From positions 496,001-560,000 of the forward strand of contig MU008167.1 of NCBI GenBank assembly GCA_010909165.1: a stretch of DNA of 64,000 nt, in the 5' to 3' direction. Below are positions 11,301-23,916 of the stretch, in pieces; position 1 is the first letter of the stretch; the number at the start of each line of letters is the position of its first letter. Position numbers and translations under genes: made by a program. The notes below the pieces were generated by a model, which did no database searches, was not told the origin of the DNA, and saw only the letters and a list, made by a program, of their open reading frames with translations. Origin of the DNA: Anthoceros angustus. Taxonomy: Eukaryota; Plantae; Anthocerotophyta.

Positions 11301-13207
11301 GAGGCAGGTGAGTTAGGACTGTTGTTGTTCTTTTTTTCTCCTTGTTCCTGTCCCCTTATGAATCCTTTTCCTCTTGCAGTAAAAGGACTCGTTCACCTCT
11401 AAGTTGCAAGACTTTTGACTTAGATTGATTTTGCTATTCCTGTAAAAGCTGTGTTTCATGGAAAAAGGGTTTCTCTCTAAACCTCTTTTTGGCCATAAGA
11501 AACCATCAATTCACATGTCGAATTTCGCAAAATATCACACAATGAGAAACCAAGGCTCATGCATATGTACACAAGTAAATCTTGATTGCTCCGGATGTTC
11601 GGCGCATAAGTCGTAACAACCCTAGTGCAAGTTGCAAGTTTAGGATTTTAGAGTAAGCCCAGAAAGTTGCAGTCATTGCGTGCAAAGAACAAGCGCACAT
11701 ATCACGTCAACTGAAAAAAGACAATGAAAAATAATATTGTAAACTTCTCCCAAGCAGCCAAGATCAGTATATAAAGCAACATATGTATATGTCTAAAGTT
11801 GTCTTGTTTGCCTTTCTCCATCTAAGTTTCCTTCAATCTATACCGTACGTGCGGCGCATTGCCCCAAGACCCCTCCCCCTGCTCCTCCTCCTCCCGCTCT
11901 CCCCCCTCCTCCCCTCCCCCCCTTCCTCCTTTTGGTACTCAGAACGTGGATTTTTAGTGCTAGTGTAATCACACTGCACCAAACGTCCGGCGCAGTTTTC
12001 AAGAGTTCCACCTTGTCCCTCTCGAAGAGGCCCTCATGACAGATGCATCCTGCCGGCTTGGGGCGCATACAGGATCTGTGGGCAGTGCATCACCCCAACC
12101 ATCTGACGTTGTCCTTGCTGGGGGCCAAAGTGTGAAGCGGGTTGGCTCCTTGAACTCAGCCAGGGCAAGCGACACAAAGGGACAGCGGTCTGGCGGTGAC
12201 ATGAGCGGAGGGTCAAAGAATACAAAGAGGAACACATCGGAGCCAAATCCCTCGCCGTACACCTATGAGGAGACAGTGCAATTGCCGAGGCACAGTGCCC
12301 TGGTCAAGGATGCTATTTTTTTGGAGAAGGAGTGGTTCCTTACTCAAGCTACCTAACCCTGACGATGAGAGTGAAGTGTGGACACCAATGTTGCAATTGT
12401 GTATAAAAGAGTTCATGCCTAGCCAGCGTGGAAGAGTTGGCTAGGTTGTTTGGGCAACTATGAATGAGGAGAATTATATCCAGAGGTGTGACTATCATAA
12501 TGTGCCGCCGTCATGCTGAAGATTATCTCCACGCATTGTCCATGAAATCACGGAACTCGAGATCCTCTCACTTTCAACTCCCCGTATGAAAAATGAAAGG
12601 AATCTATGCAGGGGGCCCATGCGCGTGTATGTACCTAACGCAACACCCACGATGTCGGAAATGACGAAATATCCCACCGCGTTTTGATATTATTTGATTG
12701 AGATACGCTGTTGCCGACCGACTTTTATGGCTCCCAAAAACAGTTTAGGAAATGGTACATTTTCAATGCTTCGATTTGGGATGCAATCCACAATGTATGA
12801 TTAGGAGTGCATGCAGCCCGAATGCGTTTGTGATACTCATCCTTGCGAAGGTAGGCCTGTGAGAGGCCGAAAATGGTAAGTTACCTGAGCATCACGCCAC
12901 GCAAGAGCCTCACGTAGGACATGGAAGCGGAACACGCGAGTCCCACCACCTGCCTTTCTTCGCTTCCCTCTCCTTATCGCATGCACCGATGGGGAAAGGT
13001 GGCCCCTAGCCTCGCAGAGGCAGCAAGGGGAAGAGGCAGGAATCGGTGCTGTCGTGTTCCGCCTCGGGGTCGGAGGCGGCCTGGGCCTTGACAATGCACG
13101 GCGGGTGAGCGGGACGAGCCTCAGGCTGGATCGTGAAGCCTAGGCTGTGCATGCAGTTGGCGTTGCGGTTGCAGGGCCGGCGGGGAAGCTTCCGGGCATA
13201 ATCGAGC

Positions 13208-14935
13208 ATGGGAGGCGTGTGCTCCAGGAAGCGCGACCTGCCGAGCAGCGGCCAGGCGGAGGAATTGCAGCGGGGAGGTGGTGGAGGACCAGCGAAATTG
13301 AGCAGCGTCAGTCTGAAATGGCCGGCCAAGGCGGACGGGGGAGACGTGCTGCGGCGGGAGCAGCAGCATCCCACGCTGCTGGCGCTGGCGGTGCAGCGGA
13401 TGTGCGAGACGGTGGAGAATTGGGCCTCCCTGCGCATGCTTCCGAGGGATTTGAGCCAGCAAGTGTTGGAGGAGCTTGTGGCAAGGCAGCGGCTGTCGGA
13501 GGAGGTGCTGCAGGCGTTCCGGGAGTGCGCGCTGCAGGACGTGCTGTTGCGGGACTACCCCGGGGTCACGGACGAGTGGCTGGAGGTGATCGGGACGCAG
13601 GGAGAGTCGCTGCTCGGGGTGGATGTGTCGGGGTCGCTGGTGACGGATGCGGGGCTGGCTTGTTTGAGGAATTGTTGCAATCTGGAGACGCTTTGCATCA
13701 GTTTCTGCCATTTGGTGACCGACGCGGGGCTGCACGGGTTCGGGGGGCTGCGGAATCTCACCAGCTTGAGCTTCAAGGGGAGCAGCTTGATCACGGCTGT
13801 CGGGATGCGGAATCTGGCGTGTCTTGTGAATCTGAGGAGCCTGGACTTGGAGAGGTGCCAGATGATCCACGGCGGTTTGGTGCATGTGTCTGGGCTTACA
13901 GCGCTAGAGAGGCTCAATCTTGGCTGGTGCAATTCGGTGCGCAATTCTGACATCAAGCACATCTCCGGGCTGGTGAGGCTGCGGGAGCTGCATATCTCGC
14001 GGTGCAAGGTGGATGACCGGGGGTTTGCGTGGCTGCGGGGGCTGAAGGAGCTGCGGATCTTGTGCATGGAAGGCTGTCCGGTGACGGCAGTATGCTTGGA
14101 CACTCTTTGCGGCATGGAGCTGCTGGAGCATCTGGATGCCAAGTCGTGTGATTGTGCGGACTTCGGGTCGCCGAAGATGGAGGCGCTGGCGCAGCTCAGG
14201 TATTTGAATTTGGCCTACTCCAGGGTGACGGACGGGGGCCTCTCCTTCCTTAAGAAGCTCACCAAGCTGGAGACGTTGATCTTGGACTCGTGCAAGATAG
14301 GCAGTCATGCTCTGGCGCACTTGGCTGGCCTGGGGAAGCTGAGGAAGCTGGACCTGTCCGACTGCATGGTCGGGGACGCGGGCCTGCGGCACCTGACGGG
14401 GCTCAAGAGCTTGGAGAGCCTTAACCTGTCCTTCACCGAGGTGTCGGATGACGGCATGCGCAAGATAGCGGAGATCCGTTCTCTTGTGTCGCTCAATTTG
14501 GATTCTCGAAACATCACGGATTCTGGAGTGAGGCAGCTTGTCAGCTTGACTGGTTTGAAGCACCTGGATTTGTTCGGAGCTCGGATAACGGACAATGGCA
14601 CTCTGAGTCTTCGACACTTGAAGAAGCTGGAGTCGTTGGAGCTGTGTGGAGGAGGGATCACTGATACAGGTGTCAGGCACATCAGGGATCTCACATCCTT
14701 GACCTCCTTGAACTTGTCCCAGAACGTTAATCTCACAGACAACGCTCTCCAGTCTCTTGCGGGAATGACTTCACTTGTCTCTCTCAATGTGGGCAACTCC
14801 AGGGTAACCAATGCAGGGCTGCAACATCTCAAACCTCTGAAACAGCTCCGTTGTCTGACTCTGCACTCCTGCAAGGTAACTCCAGCAGCAGTGGAGAATA
14901 CCCTTCCTCACCTCTCCGTCATCAGGCTCAAATAG
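13208..14935 (+). CDS. RNI-like leucine-rich-repeat protein (orthologue-like to Arabidopsis AT1G15740), intronless, with an N-terminal myristoylation/palmitoylation-type motif
   Basis: Uninterrupted 575-aa ORF starting MGGVCSRKRD, with LPRDLSQQVLEELV, FRECALQDVLLRDYPGV, LDLFGARITD and LELCGGGITD, plus about 17 LRRs of 24-25 aa. Confidence 0.92.
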   Translation: MGGVCSRKRDLPSSGQAEELQRGGGGGPAKLSSVSLKWPAKADGGDVLRREQQHPTLLALAVQRMCETVENWASLRMLPRDLSQQVLEELVARQRLSEEVLQAFRECALQDVLLRDYPGVTDEWLEVIGTQGESLLGVDVSGSLVTDAGLACLRNCCNLETLCISFCHLVTDAGLHGFGGLRNLTSLSFKGSSLITAVGMRNLACLVNLRSLDLERCQMIHGGLVHVSGLTALERLNLGWCNSVRNSDIKHISGLVRLRELHISRCKVDDRGFAWLRGLKELRILCMEGCPVTAVCLDTLCGMELLEHLDAKSCDCADFGSPKMEALAQLRYLNLAYSRVTDGGLSFLKKLTKLETLILDSCKIGSHALAHLAGLGKLRKLDLSDCMVGDAGLRHLTGLKSLESLNLSFTEVSDDGMRKIAEIRSLVSLNLDSRNITDSGVRQLVSLTGLKHLDLFGARITDNGTLSLRHLKKLESLELCGGGITDTGVRHIRDLTSLTSLNLSQNVNLTDNALQSLAGMTSLVSLNVGNSRVTNAGLQHLKPLKQLRCLTLHSCKVTPAAVENTLPHLSVIRLK

Positions 14936-15423
14936 TACATATGCTGTATATAACTTCTACAAGCTTAGGTGTAAATTCTGTGTGGGACTGACTGAAAACA
15001 CTACATCTTAGCCACAATTCCTGGCTTCATGACTTGATTCAGGGATAAGTGGATGGCTGTATCCTTCATTCACAGATGCAGCAAACCATAGGCTAGTACC
15101 CAGTCTGTGGAAAGACTAGACAAGTGAATAATCGTCTTCAAGAATCTGAAGATGGCGAAGGCTAGTAGTACCCAGTCTGTGGAAAGACAGACAAGTGAAT
15201 AAGCGTCTTCAAAATTGGCCACTACCAACCTCACCTCCCATGTACAGAGCCACACACAGGGAAGAATGAAGCAATAAACAAGAGCGGAGCGTCACCACTC
15301 TGGGGTGTCCGCCTCCTGTTGATTACCTTCCACAAAAAATTGTCCTTCCTCTTGCTACCAAAAATGTCCTTCCTCAAAGCCGTGGAAATGATCCTACAAG
15401 GGTACAATCTTTAAGGGCTTCTG

Positions 15424-17805
15424 TTACACCCTGCTGCTTGTGAGCCAATTTCTCCTCAGGGCCTCCACGGAACGCGATATATCGCCATTCAAATCAGTCC
15501 CCGAAGTCACAGACTCGGAGGAGCGGAAAGCCTCACTGTGTCTTCTGCTGGTAAACCAGGTTCTGTACTGTTCGAATTTATCACTGACCACAGCATCCCT
15601 TATGGCCTGGAAAAACTGAAGATAGTGATATTGATTGTGGCTGCAAGAAGAACCGGGAAGATCAAATCGATACCAAATCGGCTTATCATATAGGACAATG
15701 CTTAGCAGCCAGCAATAGTTAGCAAAAGAGGCTCACATGTCCAGCAGTGTCTGTGCCAACATCTCATGAGCAATGAGCAGATGATTGATGTACGCCCGAG
15801 AGTGCTTTCTGCAACAGTAGCATTCACAGCCTGGTAGTATAGCAGATGCATCGTCCCTGCACGCAATCACACTCAGCAGAAGTCAGATGATGTCTCTCCT
15901 TTTCAAAGTTCAGGCCTTACGTTAACGAACTAGAAACACAAACCTGTAAGTGACTGATCGCAAGTTAATTTTCTCAGAATCAGCACCAATCTGTGCTCTT
16001 TCTTCTACAGAACCGGCCTTGCTTGGATGGTTCCCATTCACTTCACCCATCCGCAGAGGAAAAATCATAGCACATCCTCCCATGGTAAGGTTGTAGGGAT
16101 AACTACTACTGTTAAGGCCTTTGCTATTACTCCACAAAAACTATCAACCATTCCGAACGAAAGCTCCATGCGTCTCAGACAGAACAGATGGTCAGCACAA
16201 TTGGGTAGAAGAGGTGGGAAGGAAAGGATACGTGCTCTCAAATAGATCTATACCACAACTGACTCCCTGAAGAATCTCTTCTGCATGGCGTCAGGCAGTG
16301 GCTGTTAACCCGACGGCACGGCAAGAGCAGACTCATTGCATCTAAAACAGGCGCTCAAAGAACTCCTGATGCAATGCTGACAAAACATGGACTGAACTAG
16401 CAAACCGGACAATTTAATCAAACTTGTATGACCGTACTGCAGAGGTCCCTTACCAGGCATACCAATGCCACTGATATGGCGGGGCATATACGAAGGTAAC
16501 TGTGCCTACGAAACCAAAATCCAAATCAGAAAGCACGACACTCCCCACTCTGCATTTGCGGGCTACCTAGGTATCTGGGAAATGCTTTGCACTGCTTAAT
16601 CAAAGAAGTTGAAGGAGACGGATATTAGCACTTACAATGGCAGCGTCAAGCAGAGGGCCTCTCTGCTCAAATGCTTCCCCAAGTCCAAAGCCTCCCAAAG
16701 AGAACCCTGCGATCGGGCAAAGCCGTCATTCTCTGAACAGAAATACTGGTCCAAGACCTTGCACTCTCTGTATACCTACTCCATCATAGTCCGTATGGAG
16801 AACTCACCAGCTACGTCACGAAGTGCAGTCTCTGCTGCCGAATGCTTGCGTGCTTCCACATCTAACCCACCAACAACCACTCCAAAAGCTTTTGGAGAGG
16901 TACCTTTAACCTGCTGAAGTTAAACAGAATAAACAATAGTGAAGTGCTTAAGCAGACTGCACTGTGCCGCCAGAAGAAGGACAGCCAAACGGACGATATA
17001 GCTTAGAGCTGTCAACGTTTGTCAACCACGAAAATGTCAAAATCAGGGGGTCGTTAGCACTCCTACCTGCTGCAATGACAAGCAATGGTCCAGCCAGCGA
17101 AGAGTTCTATCGACGGCCAAGGTGTTTCTCTTACTAGGGACCCATGCTGGCACTTCATCCGGTAGACTCGCCCAAATGTCCGGGGACATGGCGTTCACTA
17201 GCTCCATGTACTTGCCAGGGCCGACCTGGTGGTCCAGGCACAAGATAATTACTCAGATTGAAGCGTACAGCAAAGCACGAGAGAACAGATAAGCCCCCCC
17301 GTCGACCTACCACACGTCTGCCTGCAAAGGTCTCAAAAACGGCCCCAAGCTTGCTGCTACCTTCCCCATCTGACTCATGCAAGATGGAATCCCTCGCAAC
17401 AGCAACAACTCCATGATCTGGCAGAGCTATCAGCTTGTGAACGCCCCCCAGAGCTGCAATCACTTTGGACGGCGGGGCTTCCAAGCTTGCACAAAAGGAA
17501 ACAAAGCTCATCAATTCACAGAAACCGGAGCCACGAATCCCCCACAGTGTTTGCAAGCCATTGTAGATTCACTTACGGAAGAAACTTTGAATGGCTGGTG
17601 GGCGGGAGAATTACAAGTGCAGGGGGCTAATCTGCAATAGGGTTGCATCAGGATGCAAAGTCTCGAGCAAGTCTGGAGAGACGAAAGCAGGCAGGCCCCT
17701 TCGTGTCGTTAACAATAAGCAAGGCGTGTCCACAGGCGGTCGCTCTTTGAGCTGCAAGGAGCCCGTTCGAGCACCGGAGCTCAACACTTTCACCACAAAC
17801 TTCAT
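15424..17805 (-). CDS. QTRT2: Queuine tRNA-ribosyltransferase accessory subunit, multi-exon
   Basis: Exons encode MKFVVKVLSSGARTG..TPCLLLTTRRGLP, VDRTLRWLDHC, GGFGLGE, EEILQGVSCGIDLFES, the zinc site CECYCCRKHSRAYINHLLIAHEMLAQTLL, and HNQYHYLQFFQAIR. The stop codon is at 15424-15426. Confidence 0.9.
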
Positions 17806-18697
17806 ATTCTGTTCCCGCGTCCTGCAAAGTCCCCACTATGCTACAAATGCCACAGGGAGCCCAAGCTTCTGAGATTTTCGCCCTGGTTCACAGACGAGAG
17901 CGTCAGATCTCCTTGCTGCCCTACCATCCTGACTGCCATCCGGCTGGCCTTGACGTCTTGAAACCAGTGATGCTGAGGCAAAGGAGGCAACACCATCAGC
18001 TACCAAAGTACCATCTGTCTGGACTTAGAGTGACTACTCTAATGAGAGGTGCAAGCAGCAGTGACACATCTCTAAAAGCCGCCGGCAATGTGTAGCCGGA
18101 TAGCTCACTTTTAGGGTTTTAGACAAGTATCCGGCGGAACTCATTCAACCTTTCCACTTCAAGAGTGTGCAAACTTCCAGGAAAGAACTTATGTAACTGG
18201 TGTGAGTACCTTGGAGGATAAAGTTGCCAACCAAGAATGGCTTTGATAGTCTGCAATCAAACCCGACTGGAGACACATGTGAAGAACCGAGAACATGCAC
18301 ACAAAGTTTGAGAAACTGTTGTGCCACCATGCTTGCGCACAGCTAAATTATCTACTCAGCAAGCTCACCAACAAGAACTGGTTACTGATACTCAGAGAAG
18401 GGGAAACAAGCCAGAACTTCGACCTCCTGCACATCAGGCCCGCGTCATCCTTCACCGTGGCAACAAACAAGTCCTCTTTGAACAGAAAACAACCTGCCTG
18501 CCTTGAGGGACACTCATCCCGCAGCATCAGTACTCTAACTTAAGATCTCTAATCCTACATTCTAGCGACAACTAGCGCTCTCAGACTGCCGTAGGAAGTG
18601 GTTGTGGAGCCAGCAATGGCAGCTCAGGTCCAGACCACACCCGACCCGCGCGTGATGCGAGCGGGGCGGCGGAGAGGAAATGCAGCTGAAAGCGGAA

Positions 18698-19270
18698 TCA
18701 CTTGATGGTGATCTTGGCGCCGGCGGCTTCCAACTGCTTCTTGGCGTCCTCCGCATCGTCCTTGGACACAGCCTCCTTTACCTTCTTCGGCAGGCCCTCG
18801 ATCAGGTCCTTGGCCTCCTTCAACCCTAGGCTGGTGAGAGCGCGCACAACCTTGATGACGGCGATCCTGGCAGAGCTCGGAACCTCCTCCAGCAGCACGT
18901 CGAACTCTGTCTGCTCCTCCACGACTGGCGCAGCCTCGGCCGGAGCCACCGCACCGCCAGCCGCGGCGGAGCAAATGCGGCCGCGCTCACTCCGAGCTCC
19001 TCCTGCAGCCTGTCCGTCAGCACTCTGGCCTCGGCCAGCGTCAGGGCCTTCACCAGATCCACCAGCCGGTCCAGCTTCTCCACATCCACCGTCGCTGTGG
19101 CCGCCACATTCAGCGCCCTCCCGCCGGCCGGCTGGTTGCACCGCCGGCATCGCCGGCGCTCTCACCGCCACGCCAAGATGCTGGCCCTTGCTGCTGCTGA
19201 TGCACAGCCTGCTGCTCTGGCTGGACACCAGGCGGCCGCTGGCCAGAGATGCCTGCGCGGCTGCCGCCAT
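18698..19270 (-). CDS. RPL12: Plastid 50S ribosomal protein L12 with transit peptide; two compensating frameshifts in this sequence
   Basis: The C-terminus [56 protein letters not shown] is L7/L12. The dimerisation helix ([36 protein letters not shown]) is in a different frame (ORF 18826-19107). Confidence 0.92.
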   Translation of the reverse strand: MAAAAQASLASGRLVSSQSSRLCISSSKGQHLGVAVRAPAMPAVQPAGRREGAECGGHSDGGCGEAGPAGGSGEGPDAGRGQSADGQAAGGARSERGRICSAAAGGAVAPAEAAPVVEEQTEFDVLLEEVPSSARIAVIKVVRALTSLGLKEAKDLIEGLPKKVKEAVSKDDAEDAKKQLEAAGAKITIK

Positions 19271-19759
19271 CGCTGCTGCTGGTCCGAGCTCACTGCAGAT
19301 CCCGGGGCGGGCGGGGAATGGGCAACGGAAACGCTAATGCACGGAGTCCCGAGCCGGATTCGTCCTCGCCGCTGCAACACTGTGCAGCCTGTGCTCGCTT
19401 GCTCTCGTCGCCGATGTAACAGGATAGAGAGCCAAAAGGGACAATCGGATAGGGTTGCTCTCTTTGCGGTCGATGCTCCTGCCAGCCTAATTTCCCGCGT
19501 TTGCATTGGGTTACGTTTGTGACTGAACACGTTACTTAATTGAATTAGTGGAGCTGGTAAAGTGGATCTTTTCATACCTATATGCTAGAGAACAAAGAAC
19601 ACACAACTCGGAACATGAAGACTTTATAAATTTGCGGGAATGGGGCCAATGGGGGAACAACCATCTAGAGGCCCCAGCCAAGGAGACTAGCCTTGCGATT
19701 ATTTATCCTGAAGCTATTTATTATTTCGTCGGGAATAAGGAAGGGCCTACTTATCCCAA

Positions 19760-20290
19760 AGTTGAAGATGTTGCATCTCCCACGTTTGAAGCCGTCGTCT
19801 TGAAAATTGCATTGACCAATGCCCTCTGTAAGGCGACGGATACTTATTGCCTGAAGAAGGCCACCAGACAGGAAATAGAGGGGACCTACCTCGTTCTTGC
19901 GGATGTGGTAGGCTTTACCACAAGCATTGATGAATTTCGAAAAGTCCTTGCCCTAGCCCCGCGAGTCTTGATAGCAAGGGGAATGAAAACATGGCCTTCT
20001 TGCATGGGGTGTACATGTGAACCTTGGCAATAACGCATCCCTCAACCCAGAGGGTGCGTGCTCGCAAACGGTGTCCTGTGTACGATCTGTTACTACCACA
20101 TCTACAATAGAGACCTTGTCCCCTCGAGTCAAAAATAGGTTAGCCTTCAGAGAAACACCGTTAGGCAAAGTATAATATGGACGCTCCGTGTAAGGAAAAA
20201 TTCCGCTCTCCTAGCCACCGAGAACATGACATCTCGAATGGCGTCATGTGTAGCAATGTGCTACCCATCAATTGGAAGTGGATGGCAAGA
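19760..20290 (-). mobile_element. CRE-clade non-LTR retrotransposon 3' fragment (CCHC knuckle tail and REL endonuclease)
   Basis: The minus strand gives HIATHDAIRDVM, GDKVSIVDVVVTDRTQDT and the terminal VSVALQRALVNAIF, all typical of the REL-element C-terminus. Homologous to 57900-58520. Confidence 0.75.
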
Positions 20291-21739
20291 ATACCAAGCT
20301 AGGTGGGTCCCCAAGTTATCAAGGAGGGCCTCACAGTTGCAGATCGTGAGAGAACTAGCCACTAGTTGAACCAGGCCCAGGTGGAATCTCATCGCGGTGA
20401 AGAAAAACGTTGGCGCGAATCGGAAAGCCTGGATGCAAGGTCGGGCCAGAAATTAGGAACCTGCTCCCTTCCCCGAGTAAGAGCGAACATGAGATTAAGT
20501 GGATTGGAAAATGGAGGAATCTAAAAGTAGGGCCTATTATGCCTACCCATATTGCTCTTCCTGGAGAGAGGCTTGAAGCCCACGGAATCCATTTGCACAG
20601 AAGGACTGGAAAGGAGGCATAACCTCCCTAGCCTAAGAGGATAAGAGGTCCTTGCCAACCTTAAGGACACCTATAGGGGGGAAACCCGTTCCTCTACACT
20701 CGAGACGAAGCCCTCGAGCTCGAGACGGAGCTCCAATACGCATGAATTCCTTATTAAGAAGCGAGAGGCCAAGGTAGGGGCCAAGAGGGCCCAGCTTCTA
20801 AGAAAAGCCGCTAGCTAAGAGGCCACCATGGCCAATAGACCTATGCCCCCAAACGCTACAGGTAGGATGCTTGCCGCCACACTAGATCCCCTGCCCCATA
20901 CTCGAAGGTATTCAAGCGATAATATCTCCCAATGCCTACTTGACCTGGTTGTCGAAGTCCCTCAAGCTAAATAAAAAAGCCGGAGAGAGAGGCACATTTC
21001 AGATAAGGTATCCTGGGCACCGCACGAATGAGAGGATACAAAATGCCACCCGTGAGTCCTCCAATGAAGAAAGGTTGCTTATGTAAGCCAACTCCATCTT
21101 CAACGCTGCATTCACATATTCCTATGTAAAGTCTATGGGCCCCATAACGGGTGCTCTAATCAATTGGATTGTCATGAAGGAGTGGAAACCCTTGTAAGAA
21201 AGAGACATAATATCTCATCCAATGTTTGTCTAAATGCTCTAATCAAAAGTCTCTATATGCTCTTACCTAGAGTTGAACTCAGAATCTCCAGCTTATTAAG
21301 TGCAAGCGATGATCTCCGTGAGCATCATCGCTAAGGAGCACTCGGGCACGAGGGGCACGAGCATCGAGAACGTAAGAGAGCGGTATTGGCCATGTTCGGC
21401 TACTCTTGTATTCGTGCGTGACAACATCTTGTTCTTGACCTTAGGACATTGGTCTCTTAACTAGACTGGGTTAGTTCTAATCAGGGTTAGGCTGACTCAC
21501 AACTAAGCTAACTAAGGTTCCATTCTAACACTTGTCTGCCCTAGGTTGCTAAGCGGGCCTTCTTCTGCTAGGACAGCCACCCGGTCGATGATTAGTTGGC
21601 TCGATCACATCGAGCTCCTTGCTAGCTCGTTCGTCCATGGCTTGCACTGGCTATGGCATCCTCCTCCTTCCTCTGAATTGGATTTAAGGAAGGGCTTATT
21701 CCTTCTTCCTTCTTCCTGATCACATTGGATCAGATGCTG

Positions 21740-23100
21740 GAAATTGTCCATGAAAGCCCAGTCTCCTAGCTTGGCGGCATGTCACAATCGCTCTCCCAGC
21801 TCACCAAGGATTCTTTGATTGTTCGCCCCCACAGCTGCCTCTCTCTTGAGTCCAAGACAACAAATAATTTTGAAATTGGCAACACGATAATTTTGCATCG
21901 CATTGGCAAATGAGCTCAGCTCATTTGTAAGCTGAGCTCACGAATGAGCTGAGCTCCCAGCACGGTGACCAGCCTGGTCGCTGTGCTTGAATTGTTGTCG
22001 CATTGGGAGCTTGTAATTTTAGGCTCTCTCCTCTTTCATCTGGCTTGTGGGTGCAGCAACTTGAAGGCCTGGCTCTGCCTCATCTCCCAACTGTTGAAAT
22101 TCAGGCAACAAGACAGCTCTACTTGGCTTCCCTGCTGTTAATTCATCTAGGAAGGGCTCGGGTGGAATAGGACCCACAAACTTCTTCAACAGCGACACAT
22201 GGAAATTCCTACACATTTTTCAGCTAGCGGACAACTCAAGCTGATAAGCTACAAGAGATATCTTCTTCAAAATTTTGAACGGCCCCATGTACCTGTAGGA
22301 GAGCTTGGCCTTGCCTTCTTGAAGTCTAGAATATCTGTTGGGCTTCACTCTCAGCCATATCAGGTCTCCTTCTTCATACTGCTCATCTCTGTGTTTTTTG
22401 TTGGCATACTTGATTTTTTTTTCATTGACCATCTTCATACGGTGAATTGCATTAGCCAGGGCTTCTCTCAAGTCTTCACACATCTCTGTTGTAGACTTGG
22501 GCTCACCTTGTAGTACTAGCCACATGCCTGGAGGAGGTAGATTCTTGCCATATGTCATCTTGAAGGTGAGAGCCCAGTGGCTGAGTGTTTGGTGGAGTTG
22601 TAAGTATACTCAACGAGCAGCAAGACTTCCTCCCACTTGCTTTGCCTATCATAACAATATAGCCGTAGAAGGTCTTTCATTGTCTGATTCAATTTCTCAC
22701 TCGCTCCATCTGATTCCGGTGATAGGCTGATCCCATACATTGCTTGACGCCCAGGGTCTTACAGAAGGCGATCCAAAATTTAGATGTGAATTTGGAATCC
22801 CTATTAGACATTATCTCTTGAGGAACACCATGCAGCCTAAACTATTTCCTTCATGAAAATTGGGGCTAGCTGCTTGGCTTTCAAATTACCCTTGACTAGA
22901 ATGAAATGGGCGAGCTTTGTGGCTTTGTCCATGCACACCCAAATTGCATCATGCCCCTACTGAGTTCTAGGCAAGCATGTGACAAAGTCACATGCCATGC
23001 TCTACCACTTCTCACTTGGAATCTCTAATGGCATTAGCAGGCCTACCAGAGCTCGCCACTGCACAGTTTAGGTTTGTTGGAGAGCGATCTTCGTTACGTG
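21740..23100 (-). mobile_element. Ty3/Gypsy integrase with probable chromodomain (chromovirus-like), decayed
   Basis: LLMPLEIP..W..MACDFVTCLP, NRDSKFTSNFW, SPESDGASEKLNQTMKDLLRLY..YNSTKHSATGLSP, the GPF motif (RYMGPFKILKKIS..AYQLEL), FHVSLLKKF, and a decayed chromodomain-like LVSW segment near 21800. Confidence 0.88.
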
Positions 23101-23177
23101 AATGCAAATCGACACTATTGACACGACTTAGGTTGCCGGAGTGCAATCTTTAATTTGTTGCAATAATGGACTAGTGG

Positions 23178-23340
23178 AAGGTTCTATCTGATTATAAGTT
23201 TGCAAGAGGTCCTATCAAGCTATAAGTTTGCACAAGGTCCTATCAGATTATAAGTTTGTAGGACGTCTTATCAAGCCGTAAGTTTGCAATAGGTCCTATC
23301 GGCTTATAAGTTTACAAAAGGTCTTATGACATTACAAGGC
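23178..23340. repeat. 28-bp minisatellite, about 6 copies
   Basis: Unit approximately GGTCCTATCAGATTATAAGTTTGCACAA, repeated. Confidence 0.85.
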
Positions 23341-23916
23341 TCTAATCATATTATAAAATATACAAAAACAACCCACAAAGGTTATCCGCGTCATTGCCTA
23401 CTCTTTGCATGAGATTAGAGTGCAAAAGACCTTTTCTTAGCATCTTATGTTGTATTCATGTCAAGTCATTAGAGCTCCTTTCTCCAATCAATTTCAATAT
23501 TGAACATCGAGTATTCAGCATTCAGATATTGGTTGTGAAGGAACATATTAGATAAAAATTTTATTTTTAGTAAATATAATATAGTATGATAATTAATGTA
23601 GTTTTGTTAGAATCTGTCAATTTTGATGAGACGATCCTAATTTTCCGTGTTCACGCTCTGTTCAATACATTTTCAGACCACAGTATTCGAAAGAATATCA
23701 AACATGCTTTGGACATGTTTGCCGGCACGCCCCTCGTCCGGAGCTTGCGAGTTCAAAATGGGGTTGTGGACATCGCTCAACGTTTTGAGACGCAGTGAAA
23801 TCGGCAATACTCAGCATCTGGGGCAAGCGTTGATGCGAGTAAGCGAAGCTCGCTCTCGTTGATGACGACAGCAGCTGAGTTTAGGTTTCCAGCACTTGTA
23901 CTGACTGAATTGCGCT

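Noticed and set aside
12036-12480. Possible Harbinger/trihelix Myb-like ORF (SPYTYEETVQL)
   Set aside because: Only a weak first-helix resemblance; the later helices and a transposase could not be found.
13121-14874. Several long alternative-frame and antisense ORFs
   Set aside because: Shadows of the GC-rich LRR CDS with no protein motifs.
17805-19270. Functional clustering of translation genes (RPL12 next to QTRT2)
   Set aside because: They act in different compartments, and adjacency is expected by chance in a compact genome.
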